From NCBI GenBank assembly GCA_900234795.1, contig LT962688.1, forward strand, positions 1,470,001 through 1,502,000: a stretch of 32,000 bases of DNA, read 5' to 3'. The stretch's first letter is position 1. Every line of letters begins with the position of its first letter. The position numbers and the translations under genes are program-made. Source of the stretch: Methylorubrum extorquens. Its GTDB lineage: Bacteria > Pseudomonadota > Alphaproteobacteria > Rhizobiales > Beijerinckiaceae. Under the pieces are notes generated by a model. It saw only the letters and a program-made list of their open reading frames with translations. It was not told where the DNA came from and did no database searches. Shown here piece after piece: positions 16,476 through 28,435 of the stretch.

Positions 16476-19400
16476 TTACGCCGTCGCGCCCTGCTCCTCC
16501 TTGCCTGTCTCCCCTTTGCCCGACTCCCCCTGGCCCGGCTCGCTCGCCGTCGCGCCCTCCCCCCGCAGCCGCTCGGCGGCGACGTAGAAGACCGGGGTGA
16601 CGAATAGGGTCAGGATCGTGGCCACCAGCAGGCCGCCGATCACCACCGTGCCCATGGAGAGCCGGGCGCCCGCGCCTGCGCCGCTGGCGATGGCGAGCGG
16701 CACCGAGCCGAGGATGAAGGCGAACGAGGTCATCAGGATCGGGCGCATGCGCATCCGCGTGGCGTGCTGGGCCGCCTCCAGCGCGTCCCTGCCCTGTCGG
16801 CGCAGATCCTCGGCGAAGGAGACCAGCAGGATCGCGTTCTTGGCCGCCAAGCCGACGAGAAGCAGCAGGCCGATCTGCCCGAACACGTCGAGCGGCATGC
16901 CGCGCAAGGCCAGGAACCCGACCGCCCCGAAGATGGCGAGCGGCGTGGCGAGCAGGATCACCAGCGGCATGCGCAGGCTCTCGTACTGCCCGGCCAGGAA
17001 GCAGAAGATCATGAACACGCCGAGGCCGAAGATCAGCGGCGCGACGTTGCCGGCGATCTTTTCCTGATAGGCGATCTCGGACCACTCGATGGAGCTGTTG
17101 CGCGGCAGATCCTCGGCCAGGGCCTCGATCGCCTCGATCACCGTGCCGGAACTGGAGCCGGGGGCGACCGTGACCGCCACCTCGATCGCCGGATAGGTGT
17201 TGTAGGACAGGACCGCCGTCGGCCCGGTGCTGAACTTCGCCTGGACGAGCGATCCGAGGCGCACCGGCTCGCCCTGCGCGTTGAGGACGGTCAGCGACTC
17301 AAGATCCTGGAACAGGCGCCGCCCGGAGGCGTCGCTCTGGACATAAACCTGGTAGACGAAGCCGAAGCGGTTGAAGAGGTTGACGAAGCTCGACCCGACA
17401 TAGGTGCCGAGCGCCTCGAACAAGCGCGCCAGCGGCACGCCGAGCTGCTCGGCCTTGGCCCGGTCGATGTCGAGGCGGATCTGCGGCACGCCCCAGTCGG
17501 TGGTCGGCGTCGCGTTCGCCACCCCCGGCAGGGCGCGGATCTTCTCGATGAAGGTACTGGCCGTCTGCGCCAGACCGAGACCGCCATTGCCCGAGCGGTC
17601 CTGGATCTCCAGCGTCAGGCCGCCGCGGGAGCCGAGCCCCGGCAGCGGCGACGGGGCGGCGATGCGCACCTGTCCGTCGGGATCGTGCTTGAAGCGCTCC
17701 TCCATGTCGCGGATCAGGTCGTCGACCGTGGTGGTGCGCTCGTCCCAGGGCTTCATGACGGGGATGTTGAAGCCGTAGAACGGGGCCACGGTGTCGGCGA
17801 GGAAGCTGCGTCCGCTGACGCCGATGGTGTGATCGACGTCGTCGCGGGCGCGTAGCACTTCGCCGAAGCGGGCATTCATCGCCTCCGTGCGCTGCACCGA
17901 GGCGCCGAGCGGCATCGCCACTTCGGCGTAGAGATAGCCCTGGTCCTCATCCGGCACGAAGCCGGTGGGACGCTGCATCAGCAGCAGCACGGTGGCGCCG
18001 GCGAACAGCGCGAACACGGCGAGCGTCAGGACGATGTGGCGGGAGAGCCATCCGATCGTGCGCGCCACGAAGTCGGCCGAGCGCTCCAGGGCGACGTTGA
18101 ACCCGTCCAGCGGCTTGCGCCACCAGCGCGTCTTCCGAGGCCCGTCCTTCGCATGGGGCTTCAGCAGCAGGCCGCACAGGGCCGGTGTCAGGGTCAGCGA
18201 GACGATCGCCGAGATCAGCACCGAGATGGCGATGGTGAGCGCGAACTGGTTGTAAAGCTGGCCCGTCAGTCCGGGGATGAAGGCCACCGGCACGAACAGG
18301 GCGGCGAGCACCAGCGTCGTGGCGATGACGGGGCCGCCGATCTCGTTGACCGCCTCGCGGGAGGCGGGCTTCGGCGCCATGCCCTCGGCCATCAGGCGCT
18401 CAGTGTTCTCCACGACGATGATCGCGTCGTCCACCACGAGGCCGACGGCGAGCACGAGGCCGAGCAGGCTCAGGGTGTTGAAGGAGAAGCCGAGCAGCGC
18501 CATCGGCCCGAAGGTGCCGATCAGCGCGATCGGCACGGCGATGGTCGGAATCAGCGTGGCGCGCCAGTTTTGCAGAAAGAGGTAGGTGACGACCGTGACG
18601 ATCAGGATCGCCTCGAACAGGGTCCGCACCACCTCGTAGATTGCCTCCTTCACGAACTCGGTGGAATCGAGGGCGATGGAGTAGTGCAGGCCGGGGGGAA
18701 AGCGCTCGGCGAGATCCGCCATCGTGGCGCGCGTCCCGTTCATCACCTCGACCGCGTTGGCGTCGGGGTTCTGGAAGATGCCGAGCGTCGCCGAGGGCTG
18801 GCCGTCGAAGTTCGAGGTGACGCCGTACTGCTCCGAGCCGAGCTCCACCCGGCCCACATCCGAGACGCGCACCACCGAGCCGTCGGGATTGGCCCGCAGG
18901 ACGATGTTGCCGAACTCCTCGGGCCGCGTCAGCCGGCCCTTGGTGACGAGCTGCAGCTCGAACGGTGTCGCCCGGTCCATCGGCAGCTTGCCGAGGGAGC
19001 CAGTCGTGATCTGTGCGTTCTGCGCCTGGATCGACTGGAGCACGGTCTCGGTCGAGAGCGCCAGCGCCTCCATCTTGGCCGGATCGAGCCAGATGCGCAT
19101 GGCGTAGCGCATGTTGGAGAAGTTCAGGATCCGGCCCATGCCGGTGACCCGGCGCAGGGGCTTGATGACCTGGGTCTCGGCGTAGTTGGCCAGGAACAGC
19201 TCGTCGAAGCCGGTGCTCGGGTCGGCGTAGAGCACGACGTTGCCGAGCCGCTGGCGCGACGATTTCTGGATCTCCAGCCCCTGCGCGCGCACCGCCTCGG
19301 GTAGCTTCGCCTCGGCGCGGCTCGACCGGGTGAGCACTTCCGCTGCGGCCGCATCGAGGTTCGAGCCGACGGCGAAGGTCGCGTCGATCGAGACGCTGCC

Positions 19401-19655
19401 GTCGGTCGAGGACGTCGATTGGATGTAGATCAGGTTCGGCGCGCCGTTGATCTCCTGCTCCAGCGGGATCGCGATCGACTCGTAGGCCTGCTGGGCCGAG
19501 GCGCCGGGATAGGTCGCCTGGACGTTGATGATCGGCGGCGCGATCTCGGGATACTGCGCCACCGGCAGCGTCAGCCCGGCGACGATGCCGATCACCGTGA
19601 TGATGACGGAGATCACGCCCGCGAGGATCGGCCGGTCGACGAACGTGGAGAACAT
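16476..19655 (-). CDS. RND efflux transporter, inner-membrane permease (AcrB/HAE1-like)
   Basis: 1059 aa. MFSTFVDRPILAGVISV, VGLVVDDAIIVVEN, twelve-TM/two-large-loop layout, GLLLLVGLAAKNAILLV. Confidence 0.95.
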   Translation of the reverse strand: MFSTFVDRPILAGVISVIITVIGIVAGLTLPVAQYPEIAPPIINVQATYPGASAQQAYESIAIPLEQEINGAPNLIYIQSTSSTDGSVSIDATFAVGSNLDAAAAEVLTRSSRAEAKLPEAVRAQGLEIQKSSRQRLGNVVLYADPSTGFDELFLANYAETQVIKPLRRVTGMGRILNFSNMRYAMRIWLDPAKMEALALSTETVLQSIQAQNAQITTGSLGKLPMDRATPFELQLVTKGRLTRPEEFGNIVLRANPDGSVVRVSDVGRVELGSEQYGVTSNFDGQPSATLGIFQNPDANAVEVMNGTRATMADLAERFPPGLHYSIALDSTEFVKEAIYEVVRTLFEAILIVTVVTYLFLQNWRATLIPTIAVPIALIGTFGPMALLGFSFNTLSLLGLVLAVGLVVDDAIIVVENTERLMAEGMAPKPASREAVNEIGGPVIATTLVLAALFVPVAFIPGLTGQLYNQFALTIAISVLISAIVSLTLTPALCGLLLKPHAKDGPRKTRWWRKPLDGFNVALERSADFVARTIGWLSRHIVLTLAVFALFAGATVLLLMQRPTGFVPDEDQGYLYAEVAMPLGASVQRTEAMNARFGEVLRARDDVDHTIGVSGRSFLADTVAPFYGFNIPVMKPWDERTTTVDDLIRDMEERFKHDPDGQVRIAAPSPLPGLGSRGGLTLEIQDRSGNGGLGLAQTASTFIEKIRALPGVANATPTTDWGVPQIRLDIDRAKAEQLGVPLARLFEALGTYVGSSFVNLFNRFGFVYQVYVQSDASGRRLFQDLESLTVLNAQGEPVRLGSLVQAKFSTGPTAVLSYNTYPAIEVAVTVAPGSSSGTVIEAIEALAEDLPRNSSIEWSEIAYQEKIAGNVAPLIFGLGVFMIFCFLAGQYESLRMPLVILLATPLAIFGAVGFLALRGMPLDVFGQIGLLLLVGLAAKNAILLVSFAEDLRRQGRDALEAAQHATRMRMRPILMTSFAFILGSVPLAIASGAGAGARLSMGTVVIGGLLVATILTLFVTPVFYVAAERLRGEGATASEPGQGESGKGETGKEEQGATA

Positions 19656-19809
19656 TCGGTGGGCCGGCTCCCGAAATGCAGCGTGCGAAATTCAACGTGG
19701 CCGTGAAGGACCCGCGTGCAACGTGTTGGGACTCCGCGTGTTCCCTCCCGTGTCGCGCCCGGAACAAATCCGGCGGGCGCCCCCGTCCTGCTGTTGGAGA
19801 GTGGATTTC

Positions 19810-21015
19810 GTGCGGTCAGGCGTCGGCTTCGTCATCACCGGCCTCGTCGTCGGCGCGCTCGGAATCGCCGGAGGGGCGTGGTGGGGGGCCGGGCACCCGA
19901 TCCCCGGCTTTCTCGCCCATCACCTCAAGGTGGCGGGCCGGGCCGGACCCAAGAAGAAGGAAGAGCCGCGGCTGGCGGTGAAGGCGGTGCGCGCCAGCCG
20001 CCAGGATGTGCCGGTCGCCTTCGAATATACCGGCACGATCGTCTCGCCCCGTGACGCCGCACTGCAGGCTCGGGTGACCGGCTTCGTGATGGAGCGCCCA
20101 TTCGAGCCCGGCGGCCACGTGAAGAAGGGTCAAGTGCTGTTCCGCATCGACCCGCGCCCGTTCGAGGTCGCCCTCAAATCGGCCGAGGCCCTGCGCGACC
20201 AGGCCAAGGCCACCGTCTCCTTCGCCCAGGCCGAGGTGAACCGCACCGAGCAGCTCGCCGACAAGGGCTTCGCCACCGAGCAGCGCGCCCAGCAGAACCA
20301 GTCGAACCTCGCCACCGCCACCGCCAAGCTCGAAGAGGCGGAGGCCGCCATCGCCCGCCAGCGGCTGAACCTCGAATACGCGGTGATCCGCGCACCCTTC
20401 GACGGGCGCTCCAGCCTGTCCATGGCCAATATCGGCGACATGGTGATCGAGAATCAGACCAGCCTCGTCTCCGTGGTGCAGGTGAACCCGATCGACGTGC
20501 AGATGGCGCTCTCCTCCGAGGATGCGGAGGCGGTGCGGGTCGCTCAAGGAGAGGGGCGGGTGAAGGTCCAGCTCCTCGACGTGGGGCGCGAGCCCGTGCG
20601 CGAGGCCACGATCTACCGCCTCGACAACCGCTTCGATCCCCGCACCGGCCGCCGCCTGATCCAGGCCTGGCTCGACAATGCGGACGAGCGCTACCTGCCC
20701 GGCCGCTTCGTGCGCGCCCGCATCGAGGTCGGCCGGCAGGATCGGCTCCTGGTGCCGACGGTCGCGCTCTCGGCCCAGCTCGACCAGCAGGTGGTCTGGA
20801 CTGTGGACGACACCGGCACGGTCCATATGACCGCGATCGAGGTCGGCGACGTCTACGGCGACAACACCGCCGTGCTCAAAGGCCTGAAGCCCGACACGCT
20901 GGTCGTGACCGACCACCTCCAAAGCCTGCGCCAGAACCTCAAGGTCGAGCCGCGCATCGGCGACGAGGTCAGCGCCGTCGGCAACACCCCCGCCCAGGGC
21001 GAGGCGCGGCACTGA
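19810..21015 (+). CDS. RND efflux periplasmic adaptor (membrane fusion protein)
   Basis: TM anchor GVGFVITGLVVGALGIAGGAWW, lipoyl-like VTGFVMERPFEPGGHVKKGQVLFRID, coiled-coil hairpin, IRAPFDGR. GTG at 19810 with GGAGA 9 nt upstream; the GTG at 19801 is also possible. Confidence 0.88.
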   Translation: MRSGVGFVITGLVVGALGIAGGAWWGAGHPIPGFLAHHLKVAGRAGPKKKEEPRLAVKAVRASRQDVPVAFEYTGTIVSPRDAALQARVTGFVMERPFEPGGHVKKGQVLFRIDPRPFEVALKSAEALRDQAKATVSFAQAEVNRTEQLADKGFATEQRAQQNQSNLATATAKLEEAEAAIARQRLNLEYAVIRAPFDGRSSLSMANIGDMVIENQTSLVSVVQVNPIDVQMALSSEDAEAVRVAQGEGRVKVQLLDVGREPVREATIYRLDNRFDPRTGRRLIQAWLDNADERYLPGRFVRARIEVGRQDRLLVPTVALSAQLDQQVVWTVDDTGTVHMTAIEVGDVYGDNTAVLKGLKPDTLVVTDHLQSLRQNLKVEPRIGDEVSAVGNTPAQGEARH

Positions 21016-21018
21016 ATT

Positions 21019-21136
21019 CGGGGTTTCGAAAGGGATCATCCCTTTGGCGGGGCGCCGGGGTGGAACCCCGGCATCCCTTCAACCAGGGCTTCGCCCTGGA
21101 CCCACGAAAGGGCTTGCCCTTTCGAAACCCGGTTTC
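21019..21136. repeat. Full copy of the hairpin-cluster repeat, with ~15-bp terminal inverted repeats (MITE-like)
   Basis: TIRs ggggtttcgaaaggg (21020-21034) and ccctttcgaaacccg (21117-21131), 14/15 complementary. Internal hairpins at 21029-21045, 21055-21071, 21083-21099 and 21105-21124. It fills the gap between convergent genes. Confidence 0.75.
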
Positions 21137-23174
21137 AGGCTGCGCGGACCTGATTCAGGAAGCCGCCGACTTCCGTGCGCAGCGCCGCAGCCTGCCGGGC
21201 GAGGTCGCTGGCGGCGCCGAGCACCTGGGCCGAGCCGGTGCTGGCGTCGTCGGCCGTGTGGGCCACGCCGGCCACGTCCTCCGAGGCGCGGCGCGTGCCC
21301 TGCGAGGTCTCGACCGTGGTGCGGGCGATCTCGGCGGTGGCCGCGCCCTGCTCTTCGACCGCGGCGGCGATGTCGTTGGAGATCCGCGACAGGTCGCGGA
21401 TGGTGCGGGCGATGCCGGTGATCCCCGAGACCGAGGCGCCGGTCGCGGCCTCGATCTCTGCCATCCGCCCGGCGATCTCGTCGGTGGCGCGGGCGGTCTG
21501 GGCGGCGAGGCCCTTCACCTCCGCCGCGACCACGGCAAAGCCCCGGCCCGCCTCGCCCGCGCGGGCCGCCTCGATGGTGGCGTTGAGCGCCAGCAGGTTG
21601 GTCTGGCCGGCGATCTCCGAGATCAACCCGACGATCCGGCCGACATTGTTGGCGGCGGTGGCGAGGCGCTCGACCTCCCCGGCGGTGCGGGCCGCCTCCT
21701 CCTCGGCGGCGTTCGCCGCCAGCGCCGACGAGCCGACCTGGGCGGAGATCTCGCGGATCGAGGCCGAGAGTTCTTCCGTCGCCGCGGCAATGCCGTCGGA
21801 AGAGCGCGCCGCCTGGGCCGAGGCCTGGGCAGCCGACGCGCTCAGGGCAGAGGTCTGGCCCGCCGCATTGCTCATCGCCCGGGCGGCGTCCTCCAGTTGA
21901 TGGGCCGCCGCCGAGACCGCCTCGACGATGCCGCCGACCCGAGCCTCGAAGCCGTCGGCCACCGCCATCATCGCCGCGTGGCGCCGGACGGCCTCCTCCT
22001 CGGCGCCGCGCTCCTGCGCCGCGCGGATGCGGGCGCGCTCGGCCACGCTGTCGCGGAAGGCCAGAGCCGCGGCGGCGATGGCGCGGAGCTCGCCCGGACC
22101 CTTCACCGGGATCTCGACCTCGGTCTCGCCCCGCCCGATCGCGGTCAGCGCCCGCGCCATCCGGCTCAAGGGGCGCGCGATCGCCGAGCCGAGGCCGAAG
22201 GCGAGCGTCGCTGAGAGCAGCAGGGTCGCCAGCGCCGCCCCGGCCCAGAGCAGCACCGTGCGCTCGGCCTGCGACCGGGCCGTCCCGGCCGCCCGTGCCA
22301 GGCCGGCCGTCAGCCGGTCCTCGATCCCCTTCAGCCCGTCGATGCGCTGGGTCGCGAGCCCGAACCAGCCCTTGGCGTCGGTGAAGGCGAGCGCCTGGCC
22401 GGGGGCCGTGCCCAGCGCGAGGCCGCGGAGCCGGGCGACCTCGCGGGCGGCGTCCGAGGTGTTCGCGGCATCGAGCGCGGCGATCTCCTCCGTGGGGCCC
22501 GCGGCGCGGAACAGCCCCTCGAAGGTCGCCTGATCCGAGGCCAGCCCGGCGAGCCGGCGCAGGCCCGCGAGGTCGATCGCGCCCGAGGCGAACACGGCGG
22601 AGGCCGCCGCCCGCTCCTGGCCGGCGAATTCCTTGAGCGAGAGAAAGGCGGACAGGGCAGAAACGCGGGCGCCGATGGCCGGGTCCGCCGCGATCTGCGC
22701 CACCCCGCGCACGGCCCCGAGGGCCTCGGCGATGAGGCCGGTATAGACGGCGAGATTGGCCGGCACGCTGGCCTCCAGCCGGTCCACCGCGTTGCGGTGG
22801 CGCTCGATCCCGCCGAGCTTCTCACGCAGAGCCGCCGCCTTGCGCGCGAACTCCGCATCCGCTCCGGCGGCCCCGAGATCCGCGATCAGGGCGACGCGGG
22901 CCGCATCCGTCAGCTTGCGCTGTGCCGCGAGTTCCGGAGCGAACTGGGTGCCCTTCGAGGCGAGATAGAGGCTGGAGGCGCCGCGCTCCTTCTGTGCCTC
23001 GTGGACGAAGGCGCCGATCCGGACCGAGAGCCCGACCTGCTCCTCCATCCGCGCCATCGCCCGGCCCTGCCCCGCCCGCTCCGCGACCGCTACCCCCGCG
23101 ACCGCGCCGAAGGCGAGGCAGGGGATCAGCGCCACCGTGACGATACGGGCGCGCAGGGAAGAGGGCAGCTTCAT
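21135..23174 (-). CDS. Methyl-accepting chemotaxis protein with an N-terminal NIT (nitrate/nitrite-sensing type) domain, HAMP and MA domains
   Basis: 679 aa. NIT signature [20 protein letters not shown]...QRKLTD, a second TM segment followed by HAMP, and the signalling tip [32 protein letters not shown]. Confidence 0.9.
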   Translation of the reverse strand: MKLPSSLRARIVTVALIPCLAFGAVAGVAVAERAGQGRAMARMEEQVGLSVRIGAFVHEAQKERGASSLYLASKGTQFAPELAAQRKLTDAARVALIADLGAAGADAEFARKAAALREKLGGIERHRNAVDRLEASVPANLAVYTGLIAEALGAVRGVAQIAADPAIGARVSALSAFLSLKEFAGQERAAASAVFASGAIDLAGLRRLAGLASDQATFEGLFRAAGPTEEIAALDAANTSDAAREVARLRGLALGTAPGQALAFTDAKGWFGLATQRIDGLKGIEDRLTAGLARAAGTARSQAERTVLLWAGAALATLLLSATLAFGLGSAIARPLSRMARALTAIGRGETEVEIPVKGPGELRAIAAAALAFRDSVAERARIRAAQERGAEEEAVRRHAAMMAVADGFEARVGGIVEAVSAAAHQLEDAARAMSNAAGQTSALSASAAQASAQAARSSDGIAAATEELSASIREISAQVGSSALAANAAEEEAARTAGEVERLATAANNVGRIVGLISEIAGQTNLLALNATIEAARAGEAGRGFAVVAAEVKGLAAQTARATDEIAGRMAEIEAATGASVSGITGIARTIRDLSRISNDIAAAVEEQGAATAEIARTTVETSQGTRRASEDVAGVAHTADDASTGSAQVLGAASDLARQAAALRTEVGGFLNQVRAA

Positions 23175-23336
23175 GATGGGACGGTCCGGACGAGTTGCGG
23201 CCGGACCATGAAAGGCGAACGTAAAGTAAAGATTTCGCCGGAATGAAGTTGCCTAAATTTGGGGCATATACGCTACGATTTCATCATTCCACCCGTGGCC
23301 CGAACACATCCTGCGGGTCGAACAGCTTCGATGCCG

Positions 23337-24395
23337 TCATGGAAGGCTATTCGTGCCGCCTTCGACGCTCCGCTGCTCGATCACGCCGCGCCAGCCTAGG
23401 CCCCCATAGGTTTCGTAGCCGGGGGTGTCGTGGAAGGCCACGAGGCGGTCCCCATCCCGGTAGTGACCCTGGGACCGGCCGTCGGTGCGGAGCCGGTAGG
23501 TCTCGCTCAGCACCCCCTCGTTTCGGGAGCAGGCGATCACGCGGTTGCGGGCATCGAGCAGCATTACGCGGGTGCGCTCCCGCTCGCCCGCGCCCAGCCG
23601 GACGCCCTGGACGATGGCGCGGGCCTGCGGCTGCCAGTCGAAATGGATGGCGAGGATGCCCAGTGGCGCCCCGTCCGGGCGACCGCTCTCCCGCACGCTG
23701 GCGCAGTAGGTGGCGACCTGTGCGCCGCGCAGGCGCGCCTCGGTCCGCACGTCGACCGCCGTGTAGTCGTCGCCGCTCCGCAGGGCGCATGCGTCCCGGA
23801 ACCAGGTCTCGGCCTCGACCTGCGCGCCGAGGATGTCCGGATAGGTATCGGGGCGGCCATGGGCGATCACCCGGCCCTGAAGATCGCACAGCCAGAGATC
23901 GAGATAGACCGTGTAGGCCGACAGGATCACCCCGAGCCGCTCGCCGGCATAAGCCGCATTCTCCGGCGAAGGATCCCGGCCGCAGGCGACCAAAGCGGCG
24001 TCGGTCGCCCACCAGCGCACGTCGCAGGTGCGCTCGTAGAGGTTCCGGTCGATCAGTTCGACGGCGTTCAGGGCGAGGTCCACGCAGCGGGCCGCACGCG
24101 CCTCGCCCGTGAGCCGCGCGACGGCCTCGGTGAGGTTGTCCACGCCGGTGCTGAGGCCCGTCCCCAGGGCTGCGGCCAGCGTCTCGACTTCGGTCGAAAC
24201 GGTTCGGACTTCCTGCGCAACGACCGAGAATCCCGCCCCCTTCTCGCCGGCATGGGCCGCCTCGATGAGCGCATTCAGGGCCAGCAGCTTCATGCGGTTG
24301 GCAATCAACTGGATGGCGCCGAGGTTGGAAGAGGCCCTGGACTTCAGGGCCTGCGCTGACGCACCGACGACGTCGGCAAGGGACAAGTCGTTCAT
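23337..24395 (-). CDS. Soluble MCP-like protein: chemoreceptor hairpin-tip segment at the N-terminus fused to a C-terminal sensor-like domain
   Basis: 352 aa with no hydrophobic TM stretch. Residues ~30-65 read IQLIANRMKLLALNALIEAAHAGEKGAGFSVVAQEVR. The remaining ~230 aa is non-coiled (LYERTCDVRWWATD...). GAGGG lies 5 nt upstream of the ATG. Confidence 0.8.
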   Translation of the reverse strand: MNDLSLADVVGASAQALKSRASSNLGAIQLIANRMKLLALNALIEAAHAGEKGAGFSVVAQEVRTVSTEVETLAAALGTGLSTGVDNLTEAVARLTGEARAARCVDLALNAVELIDRNLYERTCDVRWWATDAALVACGRDPSPENAAYAGERLGVILSAYTVYLDLWLCDLQGRVIAHGRPDTYPDILGAQVEAETWFRDACALRSGDDYTAVDVRTEARLRGAQVATYCASVRESGRPDGAPLGILAIHFDWQPQARAIVQGVRLGAGERERTRVMLLDARNRVIACSRNEGVLSETYRLRTDGRSQGHYRDGDRLVAFHDTPGYETYGGLGWRGVIEQRSVEGGTNSLP

Positions 24396-24436
24396 GCAAC
24401 CCTCAGGGGAACTCTACGGTATAGCTACTTTGCTTT

Positions 24437-24454
24437 GTTCAGGCTGTGCTGAAC
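24437..24454. promoter_or_regulatory. Perfect inverted repeat GTTCAG-N6-CTGAAC
   Basis: Lies 42-59 nt upstream of the MCP-like gene start, in the AT-richer part of the 420-bp divergent region shared with uvrA. Confidence 0.3.
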
Positions 24455-24470
24455 TCTAGCGAGCTTCACC

Positions 24471-24485
24471 TTAAGTTGATCCTAA
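24471..24485. promoter_or_regulatory. Near-consensus CtrA-type box TTAA-N7-CTAA
   Basis: ttaa gttgatc ctaa. One mismatch to TTAA-N7-TTAA. Lies 76-90 nt upstream of the MCP-like gene ATG. Confidence 0.25.
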
Positions 24486-24815
24486 CGTATCGGTCGCGTT
24501 GCTTGATGCTTATTTCGGCGGATGGCGTGTTTTTGGGCGCCGATCGGAGCGGAATGTGCGCAGACGAACCCGCGCTTCGACGGCCGTCGGAGGGGAGCCG
24601 GTCCGGCCGGTTCGAGGGGGAGGTTGCGGCCGCAAACCGGCCGCAATAGGCCGGCATTGCCGCCGTACCCGTTCCGTTCTAGTGGTTTCGCGCCGCCCGG
24701 AACCCATCTCCGTCCCCGGATACTGTTCCTGCGCGGCACACCCGTTGCCCGCCCGAGCAGAGAGCGAGGGCGCCGCAACCGGGGCGCCCGGATCGTCGCA
24801 GAGAATTTGTCGTCC

Positions 24816-27881
<3,066 letters not shown>

Positions 27882-27884
27882 GGC

Positions 27885-27912
27885 GCGCCGGCCGAAGCGG
27901 GCGGGCCGGCGC
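27885..27912 (+). terminator. GC hairpin 4 nt after the uvrA stop
   Basis: gcgccggcc-gaagcgggcg-ggccggcgc. A 9-bp perfect stem with no U-tract, which is common in high-GC alphaproteobacteria. Confidence 0.5.
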
Positions 27913-28173
27913 AACCTGATGGCGACGGGTTCCCGCGCGGCCGGGGGGGCCGGGCCGGGCGGGCGATTCGGTCGGCCGAGCCGGTCCGTCCGGCCCCCGG
28001 TGACGGCGCCGTCGGTGCCGGGCGAGCCTGAAACCCGCCTTCGCACTTGCGCAACTGCCCGGCCCCTTCTGCCGGAAAATCCCGGCCGGATGCCCCGGCC
28101 AATGACTTGACGATAATGTACTATTTCGCCTGAATCCGGTTCGCGGGATCGCGTTCGTCCAAGATGGACAGCG

Positions 28174-28188
28174 TTAAGAGATCGTTAA
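28174..28188. promoter_or_regulatory. Perfect CtrA-type box TTAA-N7-TTAA
   Basis: ttaa gagatcg ttaa, in the AT-richer ~330-nt region upstream of the outer-membrane protein gene. Confidence 0.4.
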
Positions 28189-28435
28189 GCCCTTGGTTGC
28201 TCCGCAGCAAAAATGCGGCTTTTGCGCAACGGTAGGGTCCGAACTGCCGAGATTGGAGGCAATCCCCTGTCTTTCGCGGTCGGTCTGTAGAATAGTTCCC
28301 GACGTCGAGACTTGAGGTGCGGCCGTAGGGGGCACCGGCATCACACCAGCCATCCACTCCGGGGAGAGAGGGAGGCGAGCGGCGATGCAGGCGCTACGGG
28401 GCGGACGCCTGAATCCTTGGGAAGGAACGAGAAAA

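Noticed and set aside
19525-19809. Upstream extension of the adaptor ORF into the RND gene
   Set aside because: It would overlap the pump coding region by 130 nt on the opposite strand. The TM anchor and GGAGA Shine-Dalgarno sequence support a start at about 19801-19810.
24671-24690. Possible alphaproteobacterial SOS box (GTTC-N7-GTTC) upstream of uvrA: gttccgttctagtggtttcg
   Set aside because: Either register leaves two or more mismatches in the second GTTC. I found no perfect GTTC-N7-GTTC or GAAC-N7-GAAC in the spacer.
24522-24815. 98-codon N-terminal extension of the uvrA ORF
   Set aside because: The translation is Arg/Pro/Gly-rich with no similarity to UvrA. The ATG at 24816 opens a Lys/Ala-rich segment leading into the conserved core. 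The long frame is a GC artefact.
28231-28244. ggtagggtccgaac, which resembles the CUAGGGUUCCG core of the guanidine-I (ykkC) riboswitch. I also looked for B12, TPP, glycine and Mn riboswitch cores in the OMP leader
   Set aside because: The other conserved ykkC blocks (ACACGG, GCCCGGGAG) are absent, and no other riboswitch core motif was found. The resemblance is too weak to call.
28121-28357. 78-aa minus-strand ORF in the OMP leader
   Set aside because: Low GC3, no ribosome-binding site and no motif.
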